54,265 bases of DNA. Origin: an uncultured virus (IMG/VR IMGVR_UViG_3300025137_000019) (Duplodnaviria; Heunggongvirae; Uroviricota; Caudoviricetes). The notes beneath the pieces were generated by a model. That model was not told where the DNA came from and ran no database searches. It was given only the letters and a program-made list of their open reading frames with translations. Location: IMG/VR virus record IMGVR_UViG_3300025137_000019. One strand, given 5' to 3'. Shown one piece after another: positions 48,659 through 54,265 of the stretch; positions within the stretch are counted from its first letter, which is position 1, and each line of letters starts with the position of its first letter. A program made the position numbers and the translations under genes.

Positions 48659-49284
48659 TTTCTTAATATTTCATGTTTTATTCCTTCTAATGCTTCTGCT
48701 ATTCTCTCTAAAACCATAAGTAATGGTTCTTGACTCGTTAATTCAACTTTTTCATCTTCTTTCCAAGGAACATAATTAGGATCATCTTCCTCTTTCTTAT
48801 CATCAAAATCAGGAAATATACTTAAAGACTTCTGAAGTTTTGGTAACTCCTCATCTTTTTCTTTTTTCCTTTTCTCATATAATGCATAAGTTATTTCAGA
48901 ACCATCAATAAGAACAGCAGTTAACTCAGAAACTGGTATAACATAACTGCTATAACTATTACCTTGTGAACTGGTACTTTCTTTTAATTCATATTCCTCA
49001 GCATAATATTTGTTATAAGTGAACTTAAATAAAGCTCTATCATCATTCATCGGAACAACATCTTTAATTTGATTATTGTCACCATATACATTATCATAAA
49101 ACTCTACATAAATATCTTCTCCCTTTTCTAACTCCCATTCAAAAAATTGAACTTGTCTACCATACTTACCTTTTTTAAAGAAGGCAGTTTTAATAGTAAA
49201 AAAAGGATCAGCTACTTTAGCACTTTTAAATTTTTCCATGTGTTCTACAAAGAACTCTTTTTCTTTTTCTTTTCTTATATTCAT
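48655..49284 (-). CDS. Hypothetical protein (209 aa)
   Basis: ORF coupled by ATGA overlap to the ATPase gene. Confidence 0.65.
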   Translation of the reverse strand: MNIRKEKEKEFFVEHMEKFKSAKVADPFFTIKTAFFKKGKYGRQVQFFEWELEKGEDIYVEFYDNVYGDNNQIKDVVPMNDDRALFKFTYNKYYAEEYELKESTSSQGNSYSSYVIPVSELTAVLIDGSEITYALYEKRKKEKDEELPKLQKSLSIFPDFDDKKEEDDPNYVPWKEDEKVELTSQEPLLMVLERIAEALEGIKHEILRK

Positions 49285-49288
49285 TTGT

Positions 49289-50293
49289 TTATCTAATTGT
49301 TAATCGTTGTTTCATACCTTGTGGTGGTGCATCTATTTCCACTATTCTCATAGTTGTTCTATCTAATTTAAAAAAGCTTATTTTGGTTAGTCCATTTCTA
49401 GATTTTAAGAAGTGAAATACCAATGTATCAGGATCTTCAATAATAAACTTTTCAGGACCATACTGTCTTATCTTTCTTATAGAGGGTTTATTTATACCAA
49501 TTACTACATCTGCATGCTGTAATAAAGCATCTGAACCATATATATCAGAATCAAGTACGTAATTTCCATAGTTACCATCTTCTGACCTTTTAGGGTCATC
49601 AATATTTCTATTTAACTGACTTAATACTAAAAATGCAACAGGAAACTTTTTCTTTAAAGTTGTCAATGCTTCACCTAATTCTCCTAGCATAGCAAATTTA
49701 TCTTTTTGATACTTACCAACTCTAAATAAAGCTGAGTGATCAATAGTAACTAGCATATTAGGAAACTTATCATCTACCTTATATCTTTCCATTTCATATC
49801 TAATGGTAGCAGCAAACTCATCAATAGTACAAGCATCATAAATTACATTTATACAATCTTTATCCTTTGAAGATTGATAATACTCTACACACTTATTGTA
49901 TATAGATTCATCTACTTTTACACCCGCTTTACTCATTAATGTATTATAATCAGCTCCTGTTTTTAAACTAAACTTTCTTATACCATTTGTTTCATCTACC
50001 ATTTCCATCTGAAACTTTAAAATTCTAAACTCTTCATCTGGATTATGAACTAGTATATCACTAATTAATTGTTCCATAAATAAAGTTTTACCAGTTCCAG
50101 GTCTTGCACCAACTACAGTGATGCTTTTCCATTCTAAACCATCGCAAAATGCATCATTAAACTTAGGCCATGCACTTTGTAAAGATTTTAATTCACCTTT
50201 TCTTCTAGCTTTCATTTTCATGAGAGCTTTAGCTAACGCATCTCTTTCACTTACAGGTTGGAGAGGTCTAGCGTTTGTTGTAATATCATTCAT
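49289..50293 (-). CDS. dnaB: DnaB-like replicative helicase (C-terminal ATPase domain only)
   Basis: GARPGTGKT, FQMEM, TIDH, LSQLNR, GSDALLQHAD and KSRNG motifs. Confidence 0.88.
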   Translation of the reverse strand: MNDITTNARPLQPVSERDALAKALMKMKARRKGELKSLQSAWPKFNDAFCDGLEWKSITVVGARPGTGKTLFMEQLISDILVHNPDEEFRILKFQMEMVDETNGIRKFSLKTGADYNTLMSKAGVKVDESIYNKCVEYYQSSKDKDCINVIYDACTIDEFAATIRYEMERYKVDDKFPNMLVTIDHSALFRVGKYQKDKFAMLGELGEALTTLKKKFPVAFLVLSQLNRNIDDPKRSEDGNYGNYVLDSDIYGSDALLQHADVVIGINKPSIRKIRQYGPEKFIIEDPDTLVFHFLKSRNGLTKISFFKLDRTTMRIVEIDAPPQGMKQRLTIR

Positions 50294-50883
50294 TAATCTA
50301 CTTCGTCTTTAAAATAAACAACATCTACATCAGGATTACTTTGAATTAACTCACAATAATTAGCTAACTCTGATTCCCAGCTTTTATCATTATTGTTTTG
50401 CTTTCTAATAAAATACTGTGATGTTCTCATATATTCATAATTTCTAATTTCAAAATCTTTTACATACTTACCAGTAGCATTAAGAATAGTACTCCAGCTA
50501 TAATCATAAGTTTCAAAAAACCATCTAAAGGGGTTTTCTAAATTCTTATAATTTACTCTTGCATATTTGCCAGATGGTAGTTTTTTATTTGGATATAGTT
50601 GGTTGTAAGCTTTAATATTTGTTATAAAATCTTTACCCATTAGATCAAGAGAAGTTTTCTTTTTACTTTTCTTAAAATAAGAATTTATCTCATCTATAAA
50701 TATAATGCTTTTGCTTGTTAATTCCAAGTTATCTTTTAACCAATCATCTTCTTTTAATCTATTGATTTCTAATGATTTATTTACAAATTTATTAGGAACA
50801 ATTTTATTTTTTACACAGGATAACACATAAAAACTATTAGGTGTTAATTCATTTTTTACTAGCTTACTAAATACTTCTTTCAT
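50293..50883 (-). CDS. Hypothetical protein, possibly replication initiator/helicase loader
   Basis: Likely ATG at 50883 (TGATG overlap with the ung stop); directly upstream of the helicase; YNQLYPNK motif. Function is an inference. Confidence 0.5.
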   Translation of the reverse strand: MKEVFSKLVKNELTPNSFYVLSCVKNKIVPNKFVNKSLEINRLKEDDWLKDNLELTSKSIIFIDEINSYFKKSKKKTSLDLMGKDFITNIKAYNQLYPNKKLPSGKYARVNYKNLENPFRWFFETYDYSWSTILNATGKYVKDFEIRNYEYMRTSQYFIRKQNNNDKSWESELANYCELIQSNPDVDVVYFKDEVD

Positions 50884-51602
50884 CACCAAATAATTTGTTG
50901 TTTTGTGTTATCATATATTATTTTATTTACTTCTTTAAAAAGATTCTTTGAATCCCATTTACCACCTTTATATGCAGCTGATGCAGGATGTGGTACAGTA
51001 ATTTTGTAATTAAATTTATCATTAATTAATTCACCCCAACTTTCAGCTTTTTTACCCATAAAAACATACACTATACCTGTATAATTATCATTCAAGTATG
51101 TTAGTAAATACGCTGTAAAAGTTTTCCAAACATCATAATGAGAACCAATATTACCAATCTCACATGTAAGAGCTGTATTAAGCATTAAAACACCTTGATT
51201 ACTCCATTTTTTTAAATCTAAAGGGTTATATAATAAATCATTAGTTCTAAATGCTGGATACTGTGCTTTTAATTCTTTAAATATATATCTTAATGATGGT
51301 TGTGGCTTTTCTGTTTTAGAACAACTAAATGCAATACCATCAGCTACTCCTAATTGAGGGTAAGGATCTTGCCCTATCATAACTACCTTAAGGTCTTTAT
51401 ATGGACATTCTTCAAATGCTCTAAATATATCTTTAAGTGGTGGTGTGAATCTCTTATCTTGAGATGCAAATGTATGTAATTTTTTAATACTATCTTCAAA
51501 ATCACTACTAAATATATAAGATTTAAAAACCTTATCCCACCCAGTACCGTCTAATTTATTAAACATTTTTTGTTTAATTTCTTCAATGTTAATTTTATTC
51601 AT
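50883..51602 (-). CDS. ung: Uracil-DNA glycosylase, family 1
   Basis: GQDPYP, ADGIAFS, PSLRYIF, QGVLMLNTALT and HPAS motifs. The ATG at 51602 avoids overlap with the divergent gene. Confidence 0.9.
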   Translation of the reverse strand: MNKINIEEIKQKMFNKLDGTGWDKVFKSYIFSSDFEDSIKKLHTFASQDKRFTPPLKDIFRAFEECPYKDLKVVMIGQDPYPQLGVADGIAFSCSKTEKPQPSLRYIFKELKAQYPAFRTNDLLYNPLDLKKWSNQGVLMLNTALTCEIGNIGSHYDVWKTFTAYLLTYLNDNYTGIVYVFMGKKAESWGELINDKFNYKITVPHPASAAYKGGKWDSKNLFKEVNKIIYDNTKQQIIW

Positions 51603-51613
51603 ATAATTATTTA

Positions 51614-51621
51614 TATATTTG
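51614..51621 (+). promoter_or_regulatory. Bacteroidota-type -7 promoter element TAnnTTTG
   Basis: TATATTTG 12 nt before the ATG at 51634; no clear -33 element. Confidence 0.4.
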
Positions 51622-51633
51622 TTAAAAAAAGTC

Positions 51634-51954
51634 ATGGCTATAACTGTAAAAGAAATGAAAGATGATGCAATAGTGCAGATTAAGGTTAATAAGTCTTTTT
51701 ATCTCATGTGTAAAGCAGCATCTTTTTATATTATTCAACAGCTAAATGTTGAAGGTTCTGATCCTTCTCAAAAACTTCAAGAAATAATGACTAAAGAATA
51801 TAAAGATCTTGATGATGTTCAAAGAACTTTTTACACTTTAGCATTACTCTTAGCTGAAATTGAAACACAAACTAAAGAAACCAAACTTTATGATGAGAAA
51901 GAAGTACTAGAACCTGGTGATGAAGGTTATGAAGAACCTATTGAGGAAAATTAA
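51634..51954 (+). CDS. Hypothetical protein (106 aa), lone plus-strand gene
   Basis: ATG at 51634 after an A-rich leader; fills the gap between two minus-strand genes; protein-like composition. Confidence 0.7.
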   Translation: MAITVKEMKDDAIVQIKVNKSFYLMCKAASFYIIQQLNVEGSDPSQKLQEIMTKEYKDLDDVQRTFYTLALLLAEIETQTKETKLYDEKEVLEPGDEGYEEPIEEN

Positions 51955-52306
51955 TATTTAAATCTTCACCTATTTCTATACAGGCTTGTATTGCAAGTGT
52001 TAACTCATCTTTACTACAATCTGCAAATGACTTATAACAGTCTGCACCCTCACATAAACCTGCTTGTTTTTTAACAAGTTCTTTCATCTCTTTAAAAGTA
52101 TAACCACTTTCGTTAGCTAACTCTCTAATACAAGCATGAACTTTTGCAAGTTGTGCTTTACTGTGATCTACATTAGCTAGATCAACATACATTTCTACTT
52201 CCTGACCTTCAGAAAGCTTTTCCATAAATATTTCATATCCTAGTTTATCTTTAGGACTGGCATATGTTAATCTGCCATTTTTCATTTTAAATTTACCTGT
52301 AAACAT
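51938..52306 (-). CDS. NinB/YbcN-like recombination protein
   Basis: HSKAQLAKVHACIRELA...GYTFKEMKELVK...SFADCSKDEL pattern. Confidence 0.55.
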   Translation of the reverse strand: MFTGKFKMKNGRLTYASPKDKLGYEIFMEKLSEGQEVEMYVDLANVDHSKAQLAKVHACIRELANESGYTFKEMKELVKKQAGLCEGADCYKSFADCSKDELTLAIQACIEIGEDLNINFPQ

Positions 52307-52309
52307 ATT

Positions 52310-52723
52310 TTAAAGTTTATTAAAAATAGAGTGGTTAATTATATCTTCATCATACTTAATATCGTTGTAATTAATATTATCTGTAGTAAAGATACCAAAG
52401 TCTTTGATTCTTTTTTCTCTTAAACTTTGAATTGCCAAAAAAAGCATATATAAGTTTTCAGAGTCATCAGATTTCATTTGACTAAACATTCTATTTCTAT
52501 CATTTTTATCTATCATTTTCATTTTAACAAGCAGATTGATTTCTGATGCTAAAATAAAAGGTTTATATGTACCAGATTTAGTACCTTCTGTATACATAAA
52601 CCATAAATATGTTAAGTTACTATGTTGTTTAGAAACTTCATGATGCTCTTTACAGATATCACTTAATAATTTCTTGGTAGTTTTATTAACTATTTCAGAA
52701 TATTTACCTACTGTTCTGTCCAT
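52310..52723 (-). CDS. Hypothetical protein (137 aa)
   Basis: Packed ORF; carries RMFSQMKSDDSENLYMLFLAI. Confidence 0.6.
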   Translation of the reverse strand: MDRTVGKYSEIVNKTTKKLLSDICKEHHEVSKQHSNLTYLWFMYTEGTKSGTYKPFILASEINLLVKMKMIDKNDRNRMFSQMKSDDSENLYMLFLAIQSLREKRIKDFGIFTTDNINYNDIKYDEDIINHSIFNKL

Positions 52724-53034
52724 GATAATACTGCTTCTCTAATGTTTTTACCTAATTCAGCATCATTTGGATACTTCTTTTCCATATCTATTATCTCAAA
52801 TATCACATCAGCTCTTGATCTTAACTTTACAGGTAAAACCATGCTGGTCATAGGACCAATGCTATTACTATCTACACTTTTTACTTGTCTATGTTTATTT
52901 AAATCTTTACTCATAAGTTTATATTTTTTTAGCTTTGACTGCAAAGACTTGCATCCTTTGTAATCCCCATAGGATCCTCCAGATGCAATTCTTGCAAATT
53001 CAAGCATGTCCTTATCGGTCCATTGCTTAATCAT
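52708..53034 (-). CDS. Hypothetical protein (108 aa)
   Basis: Packed ORF starting 1 nt after the upstream stop. Confidence 0.55.
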   Translation of the reverse strand: MIKQWTDKDMLEFARIASGGSYGDYKGCKSLQSKLKKYKLMSKDLNKHRQVKSVDSNSIGPMTSMVLPVKLRSRADVIFEIIDMEKKYPNDAELGKNIREAVLSWTEQ

Positions 53035-53035
53035 A

Positions 53036-53737
53036 TTATGCGTCTAATAATAGTTGTGTTAAATCTGCATTAGCAATAATAGTCTTAGTAAGTTTATTTC
53101 TAAATGCACGGTTAGTATCTAAAGTCAATAACTCATACTCAAGAGTAGCTAAAGCTATATGATCATTTTTATAAGCTTCATTAAAAGCGTTTACTTTTTT
53201 AATTGCTATCTTAAGATCTTTTATTTGGTCTTTTGTTAGTTCTTGATCTACTCTTTTATTAAGTGTACCTTCCCATCCATTTGAATCTTCTACTTCTTTT
53301 ATTAAATGATATGCAAAAGTACTACCACCTCTTGTATCTACTTTATAAGTATAAGTTGAAGTATGTACTTTTTTCTCTTTTACTCTTGTAGGATTCTTTA
53401 CAGTATTTAATTGTATGATATTATAAACATCATATCCATTAAAGTCATAACTAGTTAGTTCGTCCCAAGCATATCTAACACGGCTTCTAAGGTCCTTAGC
53501 ATAATAATGTTCGTATTCTGTAAATTCTTTACCTGTTATTGACAATATAAAATCTTCCATTACTTGTTTTGAGTTCTTTTCATTCTCATCTTTTATAACA
53601 GTCAACTTTTCTATAGCTTCAATAAGCTCATTTTCTTTCTTTTCCAATAATACATTTAATACATCTTCTTTAGTTACTTTTAACTCTAATTGTGCATTAG
53701 TGTTTACATTTACTGATTCTAATTCTGCTTTACTCAT
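53036..53737 (-). CDS. Hypothetical coiled-coil protein (233 aa)
   Basis: Long ORF with heptad-like N- and C-terminal helices. Confidence 0.65.
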   Translation of the reverse strand: MSKAELESVNVNTNAQLELKVTKEDVLNVLLEKKENELIEAIEKLTVIKDENEKNSKQVMEDFILSITGKEFTEYEHYYAKDLRSRVRYAWDELTSYDFNGYDVYNIIQLNTVKNPTRVKEKKVHTSTYTYKVDTRGGSTFAYHLIKEVEDSNGWEGTLNKRVDQELTKDQIKDLKIAIKKVNAFNEAYKNDHIALATLEYELLTLDTNRAFRNKLTKTIIANADLTQLLLDA

Positions 53738-53865
53738 AATTTACTTTTTTTCTTTTTATTTTTACTTTCAGATCCCTCTAGGCAATCTTTACATATCCAT
53801 ACTCCAATTTCTTCCATTTCAGAGGTGTTTTTTACCACATGACATCTATAACAGGGCTTATTCAT
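53734..53865 (-). CDS. Small zinc-finger-like protein (43 aa) absent from the ORF track
   Basis: MNKPCYRCHVVKNTSEMEEIGVWICKDCLEGSESKNKKKKSKL; two CxxC motifs; overlaps the upstream stop and the downstream ATG (ATGA). Confidence 0.7.
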   Translation of the reverse strand: MNKPCYRCHVVKNTSEMEEIGVWICKDCLEGSESKNKKKKSKL

Positions 53866-54250
53866 AATTTAAAGAGTATTCTGCTAATGTTTCTCCTAGC
53901 AATTGATTCTCTTCTTCTAACATACGGATATACTCTTCATCATTATCTAAAGGTATTGCTACCATACGTCCACCATAACTACCATGATATATTATAATCT
54001 TGTGGTCATCCATTATGAATGTACTTAGTTTCCTTTCATAGTAACTTGATGGATCTATATATCTTTCCATTACAAGAGGCTTGGCTTTTGACCAATCATC
54101 TTCATACTTCTCTGATCTTTTGTCGTCCCCACACCCCACTAAGTGGTATAGTAAGCCAAGAGTACATATTGTTAATAAAACAATAAATCTAACTCTTGCA
54201 CCTTTATTAGTTCCTAACCATTTATCAAATTTTTCAAATCTACTCATCAT
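53858..54250 (-). CDS. Membrane protein / possible lipoprotein (130 aa)
   Basis: Basic N-terminus, hydrophobic FIVLLTICTLGLLYH, lipobox-like LVGC. Confidence 0.55.
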   Translation of the reverse strand: MMSRFEKFDKWLGTNKGARVRFIVLLTICTLGLLYHLVGCGDDKRSEKYEDDWSKAKPLVMERYIDPSSYYERKLSTFIMDDHKIIIYHGSYGGRMVAIPLDNDEEYIRMLEEENQLLGETLAEYSLNYE

Positions 54251-54265
54251 CTTTGTTTTGGTTTA

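Noticed and set aside
37348..50293. Introns or inteins in polB, primase or helicase; GIY-YIG gene as an intron-borne homing endonuclease
   Set aside because: The enzyme ORFs are uninterrupted and compact, and the GIY-YIG-like ORF is free-standing with no split host gene around it.
36915..52963. Short plus-strand ORFs opposite the replication genes (e.g. 38051-38245, 44397-44633, 52742-52963)
   Set aside because: Antisense shadows of well-supported minus-strand genes. Only 51634-51954 occupies its own gap.
1..54265. Alternative genetic code (TAG or TGA recoding, known in some crAss-like phages)
   Set aside because: Standard code 11 already gives near-complete coding density, and TAG/TGA act as plausible stops (35803, 46181, 50883, 45262).
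1..54265. tRNA genes, CRISPR arrays, integrase or transposase
   Set aside because: Intergenic gaps are all short; no cloverleaf, repeat-spacer pattern or recombinase motif was seen.

Overview
AT-rich phage DNA, most consistent with a crAss-like (Crassvirales-related) virus of a Bacteroidota host. No rRNA, tRNA, CRISPR array or mobile element is evident. The window has two convergent blocks. The + strand block (1-35694) encodes probable virion/ejected proteins: three proteins studded with a short xxGG motif, then four giant genes in one reading frame, including a 3300-aa virion RNA polymerase with a GDFDIDK catalytic motif. The - strand block (35803-54250) is a replication/early module: PolB, PD-(D/E)XK exonuclease, MoxR-like AAA+ with a vWA-metallopeptidase, GIY-YIG-like nuclease, primase, putative SSB, AAA_24 ATPase, DnaB-like helicase, uracil-DNA glycosylase and a NinB-like protein. 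The most notable observations are: (1) on my reading the only cysteines in the four giant proteins sit at facing termini (...KC-stop / M-x-C...), suggesting covalent chaining of ejected proteins; (2) an xxGG-delimited modular cargo protein carrying zincin-like and possible ADP-ribosyltransferase-like domains; (3) a palindrome plus promoter-like element with identical spacing upstream of two virion genes; (4) related structured RNA leaders in the early block. All functional calls come from motifs read by eye, without database searches.
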